From positions 71,655 to 135,654 of the IMG/VR virus record IMGVR_UViG_3300037483_000443: DNA of 64,000 nucleotides. One strand, written 5' to 3'. Numbering within the stretch: position 1 is the stretch's first letter; each line of letters opens with the position of its first letter. Position numbers and translations under genes: made by a program. Origin of the DNA: a virus. The notes under the pieces were generated by a model that searched no databases, was not told the origin of the DNA, and was given only the letters and a program-made list of their open reading frames with translations. Positions 10,038 to 19,936 of this stretch are shown piece after piece.

Positions 10038-10114
10038 TGGTGCGACTGGGGAGGATCGAACTCCCGTTGACGCGGATTTAGAGTCCGCCGCTAAAACCAC
10101 TCAGCTACAATCGC
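10038..10114 (-). tRNA. tRNA-Sup(CUA), amber suppressor
   Basis: acceptor GCGATTG/CAGTCGC-A-CCA, anticodon arm GCGGA-CTCTAAA-TCCGC, T arm GGGAG-TTCGATC-CTCCC; own promoter at 10131-10159. Confidence 0.9.
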
Positions 10115-10130
10115 GTTATTTGATAAGAGA

Positions 10131-10159
10131 ATTATATCATGTGCATCTAGAAAGTAAAC
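10131..10159 (-). promoter_or_regulatory. early promoter
   Basis: GTTTAC-N17-TATAAT with extended -10 TG. Confidence 0.8.
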
Positions 10160-10163
10160 ACTT

Positions 10164-10493
10164 TTACCACCGGCTCAAAACATCTTTGTCAGTTTCATCG
10201 ATCTCCGGGAGCAACGGCAGAAACCGATCTTTGTTGTCGATGATCCACTGACAAGTATCTACCCAGCCGTGATCTGTTTCACGGACTTCCGCCGAGTACG
10301 GGCGTAGATATGTGATCAAGTATATTGCAACCCCGTGAGGAAATTCTATTCCAGCTTCCTCAAAGTCCGGTTTGTAGGAATAGCACTTATCACCGTGAGC
10401 TCCGATGATTCCGGCATTTAGCTCCCAATCGAGATTGAGCTTCGCAAAGAATGCCGGAAGATGCTTCTCAAGCCATTTGTAGTGATCGATCAT
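10164..10493 (-). CDS. hypothetical protein
   Basis: 109 aa, last of a coupled early run (10490-10678, 10678-10929, 10932-11183). Confidence 0.65.
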   Translation of the reverse strand: MIDHYKWLEKHLPAFFAKLNLDWELNAGIIGAHGDKCYSYKPDFEEAGIEFPHGVAIYLITYLRPYSAEVRETDHGWVDTCQWIIDNKDRFLPLLPEIDETDKDVLSRW

Positions 10494-11333
10494 GATGCCT
10501 TCCCACGGTGAGTAACTTGAAATCCGGCGCGACGTGCAGCATCAATTACATCGTTGACACTGTGTTCATATTTGCGCCTACAGTCACGATGGCCCTTCAT
10601 GTAGCCGATTATGAATCCTGTCGTTCCTCCAATAGTACCGAAGAATAACCATCCCATCAGCAAAGCGTGGTCGTTCATTACTTGACTCCCTTAGAGATCG
10701 TGGCGAAGCAGCGTCCGGGGATGAACGAAGCTGAGAAGTCAGTTCTGCGAATTTCGTTTCGTTCTTTGATCGACTTTTTGTCCCATGCAACACAGCGAAT
10801 GAGGGTTTCAGGATCGGGAGTGTACGGAGTAGAGATACCCCAGACTTTCTTACCTTCTACTTGGGTGATGAAGTGTCCAGCGATAACTTCACCGACTTTG
10901 GGACGAGCATTCAGGATGACGTCGGTCATTTCTACCTCGCGATGTACATGATGGCTACAACTTCTTCGATGTTATCAACCGGGTGAAACACCCCGACGAC
11001 ATCGCCTTGGTCTAAACGTTGGAATCCCATCGGATAGTTGGGGTCGGATGAGATGACTTCATCGACCAGATCGGCAATGTCGTCGCCTGCATAGTCGATT
11101 GAGTTCAGACGTTCTTCACCGACGTAGAAGTCTCCCTCGACTCCGTTGAACGTCACCAGATATTTGCCGGATGGAGTCTTCATCTCAGTATGCTCCCAGA
11201 GCGAGTTGTTTACCGCGGGCTCGGCTTACATGCTTTCCAAATTTTGCTTTGTGGCGACCGGTACCAGAAGATTTTGAGTGCTTTGCGACGAAATTATTTG
11301 TTTTCATATTACCTCCGTTGATTTAATGGAGTA

Positions 11334-11362
11334 ATTATATCAAAGCACTCAAGAAAGTAAAC
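11334..11362 (-). promoter_or_regulatory. early promoter
   Basis: GTTTAC-N17-TATAAT. Confidence 0.8.
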
Positions 11363-11562
11363 AACTTTGTTCAGTCTTTTGACCAACCGCCACCGGAAAG
11401 TTTAGTTCTCCATTGCGGAGATTGACAGTGAGTACATTGTCGATGTTGAATGTTATTGAAGTGAATGCTACTGCGACCTTTAGTAGAGACCCAACTACCG
11501 TAAGTGTGAAAACCGAGTTTGCAAAGAATCTTGTCAAGCATCTTTCCCTCCGTTAATACTCG

Positions 11563-11595
11563 TCAGCTCTGTTCACTACTTAGTGAACAGAGCTG
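11563..11595. repeat. perfect inverted repeat/hairpin
   Basis: CAGCTCTGTTCACTA-ct-TAGTGAACAGAGCTG downstream of thg1. Confidence 0.7.
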
Positions 11596-11651
11596 CATCT
11601 TCCATCGCGAGAAAGCTCTCACGGATGAATTTATAGATGCAGCTCCAAACG

Positions 11652-12431
11652 TTAGAAAAGATCTTCAACGGTTAGATCAGACATATATGGCAGTTCAACC
11701 GGCTTCACCGGTCGACGCGTCACTAACTCAGTGGTACGGTGCTTCTCGGGAATCTTTGCTAGCTCAAGCTCAGTGAGAGGGCGCTTCTCCTCAACGCGAC
11801 GGAAGTAAGTCCCCTTCCGGTAGCAAGAAGCATAGTTCTCCCACGGATCACCGATCTCACGCAGCATCTGCTTCTTTGCTTCACTGCTAGCTCCATGCAG
11901 CACTCTGTCAGAGAAGTGTGCTTGGGCTACCATCGAGATAGAGTTCTTGATCGCATCTTTCTCACGCCACAGTAAGCACTGGTAAGCTTCATGTAGCGTA
12001 GGAACTTGCCATACTCGTGCATCAAACAGCGGCAGAGCATCTGCTTTTTCAGGTAAGACAGCTGCCAAGTGTTTGTTGAAGTACGCAGTGGCAGTTGCCG
12101 AGAGAATCGAGCAGATCTTTTGGTAGCGTCCGTCAAAAATGTACTCTTGAACTGCGTCTGCTGGAAAGAACCAAACAAGAGTTATCTCATCTGATTGAGT
12201 GTAACCGATTAAGGCACAAGTTTGCTCGACGAGGTACTTTGTGGTGTCTTGCATCAGCTTCGTCAGATTCTCATCAAAAGGGCGCTTCAACCCCTTCGTG
12301 AAGGTGTGAAATGCTCGCCCGTCAAGCCTAGCAATCATCGGCATCCCGATCATGGCTTTACGAGAACCTTCTACTCCCTCGAGAGCTTTCATCTTGTCGC
12401 CGAGGGTATCGTTCTTTGCTATGTTTGTCAT
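11652..12431 (-). CDS. tRNA(His) guanylyltransferase Thg1-like protein
   Basis: RLDGRAFHTFT, YTQSDEI, FDGRYQK, FDARV, WRE.DA.KNSI motifs. Confidence 0.92.
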   Translation of the reverse strand: MTNIAKNDTLGDKMKALEGVEGSRKAMIGMPMIARLDGRAFHTFTKGLKRPFDENLTKLMQDTTKYLVEQTCALIGYTQSDEITLVWFFPADAVQEYIFDGRYQKICSILSATATAYFNKHLAAVLPEKADALPLFDARVWQVPTLHEAYQCLLWREKDAIKNSISMVAQAHFSDRVLHGASSEAKKQMLREIGDPWENYASCYRKGTYFRRVEEKRPLTELELAKIPEKHRTTELVTRRPVKPVELPYMSDLTVEDLF

Positions 12432-13735
12432 TTTCTCTTGTTCCAAAGTGCGATTGCAGAATACACTGCTTCGTTCCCAACGATCGCGCCAGACCCTGTT
12501 CGACCCCCTGTATCACTCGGTCCGCAAGCCCCGCAGTTGCATGAGACATATACTGAAGTTGCCGGTTGACCAGAGTACGAGATTCCGTTCGGCTGTGATC
12601 CACAGAATGGGCAGGATTTCAGCTCTCCGATGAAAGCATTCCGGACGATCTCAGATTTCGTCTTTAAGACAAAGCTCTTGATCTCTGACGGCTTCAGGCC
12701 TTTCACCATCTCTGTAAAGTCCAACTCCAACAAATCGTTGAAAGTGTTCTCAAGATTGGTGAAGAAGTCTTTTGCTTTATCGTCGAATCGATCCAACTTT
12801 TCCAACTTTTTCGTCAACGTGATCATGTTATACAGGTCGCCGTTCTTGATTTCTTCACGAAACGCATCGAAGACCTTAACGATCTGCTCAATCTCTGGCT
12901 CGCCAGACAACCGAACGATTTGAAAGATCTCGTCAACTTTCTGCATGAACTTGCAATAACGTGCTACGTCGCTCGGAACGCGGAACTTTTCCAGCTGTTC
13001 CTTGGTCATAGTGCCTACTTCCAAGAACAAGAACTGCTTCTCATCTAGTGAGAGAATTTCCTCTACCTCATCGGTGTATAGACAGGGAATGACTAGTCCC
13101 TTCAGACGTTCAACCAAGTGCAGAGCACCGATGCTTAGCAAGAAGTTGATACCGATACTAGGACGTTTCTCCGACAACAGCTTGGTCATCTCCGTCCAAA
13201 TCCGGTCAGCAGACAGGGCGTCCAGTTCACCGCTCTCTACTAGCTTACGGCAGAGCTCGACAGTTTCGGGAGCGATCTTGAACCTGTAGCGAGAAGCGAA
13301 GCGAGCAACGCGGATGACCCGCAGAGGATCTTCGGCGAAGGCTTCACTCGTGTGACGGATGATGCCGTCCTTCAGATCCTGACGACCATGCCAAGGATCG
13401 ATGTACTCACCGGTCTCCAAGTTGTAAGCGATCGCGTTGATCGTCAGATCACGACGCAGCAGGTCGTCGTTGATGATGATGTGCGGTCCGAACTCGAACT
13501 CAAAGCCTTGGTAGCCAGCAGCGACTTTCTTTTCACGACGAGCAAGAGCATACTCATCACCGGTTTCAGGATGGAGGAAGACGGGGAATGAAGCTCCGAC
13601 CTGCTTGAAACCTTGGTCGAGCATGTATTGAACGTCGGCCCCGACTACGACGTAATCAAGATCTTTCGGCTCATTGCCGAGAAGCTTGTCTCTTACTGCG
13701 CCGCCAACGAGCAGGCATTGAACTTTTTTAGTCAT
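12428..13735 (-). CDS. cca: CCA-adding tRNA nucleotidyltransferase with C-terminal Lar-like Zn finger
   Basis: VGGAVRD, DLDYVVVG, RRDLTINA, EDPLRVIRVARF; tail LKSCPFCG...CNCGA.G...AIALWNKR. Confidence 0.92.
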   Translation of the reverse strand: MTKKVQCLLVGGAVRDKLLGNEPKDLDYVVVGADVQYMLDQGFKQVGASFPVFLHPETGDEYALARREKKVAAGYQGFEFEFGPHIIINDDLLRRDLTINAIAYNLETGEYIDPWHGRQDLKDGIIRHTSEAFAEDPLRVIRVARFASRYRFKIAPETVELCRKLVESGELDALSADRIWTEMTKLLSEKRPSIGINFLLSIGALHLVERLKGLVIPCLYTDEVEEILSLDEKQFLFLEVGTMTKEQLEKFRVPSDVARYCKFMQKVDEIFQIVRLSGEPEIEQIVKVFDAFREEIKNGDLYNMITLTKKLEKLDRFDDKAKDFFTNLENTFNDLLELDFTEMVKGLKPSEIKSFVLKTKSEIVRNAFIGELKSCPFCGSQPNGISYSGQPATSVYVSCNCGACGPSDTGGRTGSGAIVGNEAVYSAIALWNKRK

Positions 13736-13768
13736 CTTGATAAATACTTGAAAGTGAAAGGGATTTCA

Positions 13769-14503
13769 ATGTTTCTTCAAAACAAATATACAAAGTGGTA
13801 CATGAACATTATAACACAAGCTAAGCTTGATGTAAACAACAGAAGTGAAGGGTATTTTGAGAAGCATCACATCATTCCAAAATCTCTTGATGGATCTGAT
13901 TCAAAAGATAATTTGGTGAAGCTAACAGCAAGAGAGCATTTCATCTGTCATACACTTCTTATTAAGATGTTAGAAGGAAAAGCAAGACAAAAGATGGCGT
14001 ATGCAATGTACTTTTTAATGAATAGAAAGAATAGAAAAGAGCAATTGAAGATCAACTCTAGAATTTTTCTCTTCTTAAGAGAAGAACATTCAAAAGCAAT
14101 TTCTATGGCTTTGACTGGATTAGAGAGATCTGAAGAGCATTGTAAGAATCTTTCTCTAGTTGCTAAGAAACGAGTAGATTCTGGAACTTGGAATAATCCT
14201 TGGGCGGGAGAGAAAGGATCCGAGATGTCATCTCGACAGAATAAAGAAAGGGTGCTGAAGGGTACTAACCCATGGGCAGGAAAGAAGGGTTCTGAACTTT
14301 CTAAGAAGATCTGTGCAGAACAAATCAAGAAAGGAACTCATCCGTTTCAAGATCGAGAGAAGGCAAGAGAAAGAACATTGAAACAAGTTGAAAATGGGAC
14401 ACACATGACCCAAGTTGAGCATACATGCCCTCATTGTGGAAAGACGGGAACTGGATGGACGATGTTCAGGTGGCACTTCAAGAATTGCAAAACTTTAAAA
14501 TGA
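13769..14503 (+). CDS. HNH homing endonuclease
   Basis: EKHHIIPKSLDGSD...NLVKLTAREHFICH; GT(N/H)P(W/F) repeats; C-terminal CPHCG..WHF.NCK; GATAAATA upstream. Confidence 0.88.
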   Translation: MFLQNKYTKWYMNIITQAKLDVNNRSEGYFEKHHIIPKSLDGSDSKDNLVKLTAREHFICHTLLIKMLEGKARQKMAYAMYFLMNRKNRKEQLKINSRIFLFLREEHSKAISMALTGLERSEEHCKNLSLVAKKRVDSGTWNNPWAGEKGSEMSSRQNKERVLKGTNPWAGKKGSELSKKICAEQIKKGTHPFQDREKARERTLKQVENGTHMTQVEHTCPHCGKTGTGWTMFRWHFKNCKTLK

Positions 14504-14728
14504 AGTTACCACCAGGCAAATTCGAGGCATGGTTTGTGATACATGCCAATAAATGTACTGCACCCATTCTCAAAACCACGACAATCACGACAAGTTATCT
14601 TACATTGTCTCTTTGCTTCTTTTTCATCATGATTCTCCATGGCAGCAAAACGGGTTCCCGCTCTCTTTGTAGAATGAATTTGGGAGGTGAACTCATGCTT
14701 ATTTTCTTTTGTAGTTTTGCGTGGCATG

Positions 14729-15043
14729 TTATCTTCGATTCGAAGAAAAGTTGCGAATTGCTTCTGCTGTTGAAGTCATTGAAGAGATTCCTCTCTTTTT
14801 ATCTTGCTCTTCAGCGTAAGAGATGTAACCCTTGCTTTCGAGGATGGGAAGAGGGCTGAGATGCTTCGCTCTCTCTGTGAAGTATTCTTCGGGAGTGAAG
14901 TTGGTGATAAGAAATTTTACGAAATGTCGCGCTGATCGTGTTGGACTAACGTGTTTGAAACGAGCAACAAACTCTTGATCATGATATACCCAAACTTCTT
15001 GAGGATGAGCATCAACACTGATATTCCATTCTTTAGATCTCAT
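14729..15043 (-). CDS. hypothetical protein
   Basis: GGAGG RBS behind early promoter 15064-15092. Confidence 0.65.
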   Translation of the reverse strand: MRSKEWNISVDAHPQEVWVYHDQEFVARFKHVSPTRSARHFVKFLITNFTPEEYFTERAKHLSPLPILESKGYISYAEEQDKKRGISSMTSTAEAIRNFSSNRR

Positions 15044-15063
15044 ATCTTCCTCCTTAAAGGGTA

Positions 15064-15092
15064 ATTATATCACAGTGCTCAAGAAAGTAAAC
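15064..15092 (-). promoter_or_regulatory. early promoter
   Basis: GTTTAC-N17-TATAAT. Confidence 0.8.
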
Positions 15093-15094
15093 AC

Positions 15095-15487
15095 TTATGC
15101 GATAAAATCTGAAGAGTCTTCTGAGAATAGATCTGGAAGATCCATCGTTTGATTGGCAAGAGAATGGGTGCAATCACCCAAGAACTGAATTCGACCGTCG
15201 GTGACGAAGCTGTGGCAACGATCATCTACGTACTCACCTTTCCAACCCACTGGAGCTGGATTGTCATTAGAGTAACCTTTGGGATGCCGGTAAGTCACCA
15301 GAACGCTAGGGGAAAAGGTAGGTTTCTCGATGTTACCATTCCAACCCCAGTTGCTATTGCCTCCCTCGATCATCACCTGATGAAGCCCATGTCCTGTTTT
15401 GGCGCACCCTGGGCATCGAAAGTATAGAAAGCGATGGGTTTCAGTTCGAATTTCTCCGAGAACTTTAGAGATTTGGTTTATCTTCAT
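15095..15487 (-). CDS. Cys/His metal-binding protein (DUF6527-like)
   Basis: CPGC...H...WNG...PTFSPSVL...RCHSFVTDGRIQFLGDCTH. Confidence 0.65.
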   Translation of the reverse strand: MKINQISKVLGEIRTETHRFLYFRCPGCAKTGHGLHQVMIEGGNSNWGWNGNIEKPTFSPSVLVTYRHPKGYSNDNPAPVGWKGEYVDDRCHSFVTDGRIQFLGDCTHSLANQTMDLPDLFSEDSSDFIA

Positions 15488-15673
15488 TACTTTGGCTTCT
15501 CGTAGTATATAGATCGATGCTCAGAAAGATGATTGCTACGGTTGTGTTGAGAATTGGTATGAGAGTGATCGCAAGAGCGAAGGCCCATTCTTGGGAATCT
15601 TTCACACATCTATAAGTCACATCTACGTATGCATAGTAGACACAAATGAAGAATGAAACCCAATAGACGTACA

Positions 15674-16330
15674 TCATTTGAAGAGCACCTTGTAAGTAGT
15701 GTAGACAGAAATTCCAATCCACAGACAGGCCCAGACAACCGCTGGAATTCCGGTAGAATTCTGCATGTTGAGAGCATCAGTTGCAGTCCCAGTCCCTGAA
15801 AGAACGAAGAGAGTCTTCAGGTCATAGAACGCGTTGAGGAGAAGCTGAATTGAAATGAATGCTGCAATGAACTCGATGACTCTCTTGGAAAAATAGACGA
15901 TCGTCACCAAGATTGCAGCAGAGATTGCCATTCCCCAGATAGTACCGAACAAGTTGTGAAACCCGGTGTACAACATCGTGATGAAAGAAAAAGCCAAGAA
16001 CACCGATAAGATCCCAGATGCGTTCACGTTCTTTCTCAGGAGATAGATGCTGAAAACTCCAACGAGCATCGTTCCAAGATAACCAGCAAAGTTGATGATC
16101 CATTGGATTCCACCTGACGTCATTGTAGTTCCAGACATGTCAGGATTGATGTTGATCTCATAGACTCGCCCTCCTGTTACAAGAGCAGCAAGAGCATGGC
16201 ACATCTCATGAACGTAGGTGACAAAGAGCTTGATCGGATAGATCAGCGTATCCGCACCAGGAACCATCGAGATCATGAAGCATACGATCGTAGTGAACAA
16301 CATCATGAGTGACATTCTAGAAGTCATCAT
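15674..16330 (-). CDS. M50B-like membrane metalloprotease
   Basis: HEMCH, AGY, TDA motifs and multiple TM helices. Confidence 0.8.
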   Translation of the reverse strand: MMTSRMSLMMLFTTIVCFMISMVPGADTLIYPIKLFVTYVHEMCHALAALVTGGRVYEININPDMSGTTMTSGGIQWIINFAGYLGTMLVGVFSIYLLRKNVNASGILSVFLAFSFITMLYTGFHNLFGTIWGMAISAAILVTIVYFSKRVIEFIAAFISIQLLLNAFYDLKTLFVLSGTGTATDALNMQNSTGIPAVVWACLWIGISVYTTYKVLFK

Positions 16331-16623
16331 TTCTTACCTAGAAACTCGTCAAGGGCTGCACAGAATTTGTTGTAGTCAAGCTTGTACTTTTCAGCAATTT
16401 CTTGAGCATGAAAATAGTTTGTGCTTGTTTCTTTTCTGAATGAAATGCTGATTTCTGGTAAGCTTTCATCTTGTTCATCCCAAGTAATCTCAAAGTTTTC
16501 AAGTCTTGAGATTGCATCCTTGTCCTGAAATAGAGGCTGTAGACCGTATAACAAGACTGCAAGTTTGTCAGTAGCTTTAGATTCAGAATTTTCAACGATG
16601 AATTTCAAATCAAAATTGTTCAT
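16327..16623 (-). CDS. hypothetical protein
   Basis: 98 aa ORF. Confidence 0.6.
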   Translation of the reverse strand: MNNFDLKFIVENSESKATDKLAVLLYGLQPLFQDKDAISRLENFEITWDEQDESLPEISISFRKETSTNYFHAQEIAEKYKLDYNKFCAALDEFLGKK

Positions 16624-16705
16624 GATCTTCTTTCTCTTCTATAAATAAAATGTCTATCGCGAGACTGGAATCTCCATAGACTCTAACGCTTTTGGGAGCA
16701 TCAGC

Positions 16706-17320
16706 ATGTCTATTTATCCTTCAACTAAGGTCTTACCTTACGTCTACTGGCTTAATCACAAGATAACTGGCCAGTTCTACATCGGCTATCGTGAAGCTAA
16801 CAAACTTCCAGCTGATCAAGATCTTCCTATCTATCAAACTTCATCAAAGAAAATCAAAGAGCTAGGGTTTGAAAATTTTGACTGGAAAATCGTTGCTGAA
16901 TTCTTTGATGGAGACTCAGCATATAATTTTGAAAATCATTTAATAGAATCTTACATAAAAGATCCTCTTTGTATAAATGGACATTATCGTAAAAATGGTA
17001 GCAATCATTTTAAACGTACTGGACCACATTCAGCTGAAACTAAAATCAAAATATCACTTGCAGCTAAATTTATCTCACAAGAGACTAGAGATAAATTAGC
17101 AACGGCTGGTCGAAATCAATCTCCTGAAAAGAGAGCTAAACTTTCGATTGCACAAACTGGCAGAATTTATTCTGAACAATCAAAACAAAAGATGTCAGCA
17201 GCTAAACTTAACAAGAAACGCAACCCATTATCAGAAGAAACAAAAGCTAAAATATCATTAGCTAGAAAGAATTATTGGGAAAAGAAACACGCGGAGTACC
17301 TGGCAAATTTTGCCAGTTGA
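16706..17320 (+). CDS. GIY-YIG homing endonuclease with NUMOD3-type repeats
   Basis: YVY...FYIG; HSAETKIKIS / SEETKAKIS repeats; TATAAATA at 16640-16647. Confidence 0.85.
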   Translation: MSIYPSTKVLPYVYWLNHKITGQFYIGYREANKLPADQDLPIYQTSSKKIKELGFENFDWKIVAEFFDGDSAYNFENHLIESYIKDPLCINGHYRKNGSNHFKRTGPHSAETKIKISLAAKFISQETRDKLATAGRNQSPEKRAKLSIAQTGRIYSEQSKQKMSAAKLNKKRNPLSEETKAKISLARKNYWEKKHAEYLANFAS

Positions 17321-18212
17321 GCTTCTCGCGAAGCGTGTGATAGTAGCTGTAAGTCAGATCGTCTAACTTTGGGTGCATAAAGTCAACGGCTGAAATAGAC
17401 TTCTTGATGATGAGGCTGTCACGAGCATTCTTCGCGTTCATGTTAGCAACTTTTGTACCGTCAACGAAAACTTCAGCTTCTCCGTTAATCAGCTTGAACC
17501 TGACTTGAGAGTTGTCATTGATGATCAGCGGACGGCAGGACAGGGTTTGTGGAAGAATCGGAACGATCTCAATGACGCGAGCTGTCGGGTGGATGATCGG
17601 GCCTCCAGCAGACATCGCGTAAGCAGTAGAGCCAGTGGGTGTGGAGATCATGAGCCCATCTCCGCGAGCATGGTATGCATACTCAAAGTCGATGTAGACT
17701 TCAAACTCGATCACCTTGCCAGTAGATCGAGAGATCACGACTTCATTCAGCGCAAGGTAGCGACTTTTCTCACTCTCACCAAGAGTCCAATCATCCTTGA
17801 TGTCAAGCATATTTCTCCGCTCGATGGTGTACTTTTGCTTGTCTTCAATCATGTCGATGACTGCATCGTAGTCAAAGTCATGAGGGACATCAGTGATGAA
17901 ACCAAGCCGCCCAAGATTGACACCGAGGAGTGGGATGCCGATTGACATCTCTTTAGCGACAAAGAGCATCGTACCGTCTCCACCGAAGACAACGGCGACG
18001 TTAGCAACAATCCCTAAATCACTGAGACTCTCAATCTTAGTATCATGGGCAAGAGCACGATCTTTGAAAAAGTTCTCAGCCGTCTCTTTGTCAAACATCA
18101 CTGTATGACCTTGACGATGGACAGTAGCTGCAAAAGTTTCTAACATTGTCAGGATGTTAGAGTGAGCAGAATCGTTCTGTCCAGTCTTACGACCGATAAT
18201 AGCGATGATCAT
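17262..18212 (-). CDS. nadK: NAD+ kinase
   Basis: GGDGT, GRLGF, LNE, GDG..ISTPTGSTAYAMSAGGP. Confidence 0.93.
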   Translation of the reverse strand: MIIAIIGRKTGQNDSAHSNILTMLETFAATVHRQGHTVMFDKETAENFFKDRALAHDTKIESLSDLGIVANVAVVFGGDGTMLFVAKEMSIGIPLLGVNLGRLGFITDVPHDFDYDAVIDMIEDKQKYTIERRNMLDIKDDWTLGESEKSRYLALNEVVISRSTGKVIEFEVYIDFEYAYHARGDGLMISTPTGSTAYAMSAGGPIIHPTARVIEIVPILPQTLSCRPLIINDNSQVRFKLINGEAEVFVDGTKVANMNAKNARDSLIIKKSISAVDFMHPKLDDLTYSYYHTLREKLNWQNLPGTPRVSFPNNSF

Positions 18213-18487
18213 CCATCCCTCATTGAAGTAGTTAGTGAGTTTACGTGTTTAATGAACCTTTGCCAGAGCGTAGGCGGCTTTTGTTCAAAGAAGTCTCCGC
18301 TCGGACCACAAGCACCAAACCGACCACGATTCGACTCGCAGAAAGAGCTCCACTTGGAGCCACTATCTGTTAGCTCACCGTTGACCGGGCTTGGATTGAA
18401 CGCATCTGACTCTGGATGATGACAAGCATGCTTTGTTCCCATGCTTGTCATCATATGATGTTTACAATCTATGCAAAGCTTCATCAT
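18209..18487 (-). CDS. small Cys-rich hypothetical protein
   Basis: CIDCKH...C...C...CG. Confidence 0.6.
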   Translation of the reverse strand: MMKLCIDCKHHMMTSMGTKHACHHPESDAFNPSPVNGELTDSGSKWSSFCESNRGRFGACGPSGDFFEQKPPTLWQRFIKHVNSLTTSMRDG

Positions 18488-18984
18488 AGTCTCTTCACGG
18501 TATTAAGATCAACTCCGTTTCGCAGGAGCTTGCGTAGTTTCATCAAACGGCTACAGAATTCAACTTGAGTTAGCACCGTCTTACTTTCACTAGTGCGACC
18601 GATTCGGTGTGTCAAGATCAAGTCGCCAGTGTCCAAGATCGCCTGGCGAAACTTCTCATTAGCCTTAGCTAACTCCAGATATGCCCGGTCGATCAAAAGC
18701 TGGTATTCATCACTCTTTCGACAAAAGATTTCACCGTTCCACCAAAGAGCTTGCTTTGTCTTCCATTGTACGTTTCGCTCTTTACCGCGATGTTTTGCTT
18801 GAACTCCCGTCAGCTTACAAACCTCAACTTGAATGTGAGGTTTGTCAAACTTAAGAGCTTGGAGGAAGCCCTCCATAGAAGCGCACTCTACACCGTCAAG
18901 CGTAAACTTGAATGCTGTAAAGTTACTCAAATCACCGGCTGGGTAAGAACTCTTCGTACCGATGTCAAGCATATTTGCGCTCAT
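18484..18984 (-). CDS. NADAR-like protein (T4 gp30.3-like)
   Basis: LSNF...SMEGFLQALKF...LWWNG...F..A...TG. Confidence 0.7.
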   Translation of the reverse strand: MSANMLDIGTKSSYPAGDLSNFTAFKFTLDGVECASMEGFLQALKFDKPHIQVEVCKLTGVQAKHRGKERNVQWKTKQALWWNGEIFCRKSDEYQLLIDRAYLELAKANEKFRQAILDTGDLILTHRIGRTSESKTVLTQVEFCSRLMKLRKLLRNGVDLNTVKRL

Positions 18985-19514
18985 TTTGCTGTTCCGTATA
19001 GTTTGATGAGTGACTTTACTTCATCCCAGTTCGAGGCGTGATGGTCTCGCGGAGGTTTGTAAGTCGTTTGGTAACGTCTTGGTTCCCATCCGTGAGTAGG
19101 TGAGTTACCGAAACGAATCACTGTCCCCTCGAACTGATGAGCATTTGCCCATGCAGGAAAATCGTCGATTAGAAAGTCGCGGTGGGTTCCCACACAACCT
19201 TTGTCAGGAGAAATGATGATGTGGTCTTCCATGAAGGGAGCATGTTCGTACAACCACTGAATCTTTTCTGTAGCTGCGAGAGGGTTCTCCGATGGAATTT
19301 TTGTTAACATCATTGGGAAGTAACCGTTATCGAGCAACCACTTCAAACCGTCTATCGCTCCGGGAATAGGTTTCAAATCACGATAGATTCCAGGAAGCTT
19401 CTTGAACTCAGTAGCAGTCATGCCAACAGACTTGAAGCCGCCTTCAAAGTCAGCAACTACGCCATCCATGTCAACATAGACACGAATCAAGTCAGGATAT
19501 TCACGGATGCTCAT
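18981..19514 (-). CDS. HAD 5'(3')-deoxyribonucleotidase
   Basis: DMDGVVADF, EK..WL, K...LIDD motifs. Confidence 0.85.
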   Translation of the reverse strand: MSIREYPDLIRVYVDMDGVVADFEGGFKSVGMTATEFKKLPGIYRDLKPIPGAIDGLKWLLDNGYFPMMLTKIPSENPLAATEKIQWLYEHAPFMEDHIIISPDKGCVGTHRDFLIDDFPAWANAHQFEGTVIRFGNSPTHGWEPRRYQTTYKPPRDHHASNWDEVKSLIKLYGTAK

Positions 19515-19549
19515 AAAGATTCCTAGTGATGTCTTTGTAATTACCGGCT

Positions 19550-19936
19550 CTAATCTGCCATGAGCTTGTTATGTTCAACAACGTCTTTAAGGTTTGAACC
19601 TTTGAGCACTTTTGGGCAAAAAGAAACAACTTCCGGTACAAGTGTTGTTTTGTTGATGATGTCTTGAACCGATTGAGAGATCTGTTTGGTGGCTGTGGGG
19701 AGAGGTATGCTAAAGAGAGGTATGCTCTTGAAATCACCATTCACCATTTGAACCATTTCTTTGACAGTTCTTGCGATTTCATCTTCTCTCTCATCACCAG
19801 TCATTACGTTGACTTTAGCAAGCCAATCTTCATTCCAAGTAATGCCAAACTTCACAAGTCCACTCTCGGCTTTGACATGAGAGATGACCTCATCTCTCAG
19901 AGCGACGTACGGCATGATGAATGCACCTACAGGCAT
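19550..19936 (-). CDS. hypothetical protein
   Basis: MPVGAF start with AAGGAG RBS. Confidence 0.6.
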   Translation of the reverse strand: MPVGAFIMPYVALRDEVISHVKAESGLVKFGITWNEDWLAKVNVMTGDEREDEIARTVKEMVQMVNGDFKSIPLFSIPLPTATKQISQSVQDIINKTTLVPEVVSFCPKVLKGSNLKDVVEHNKLMAD

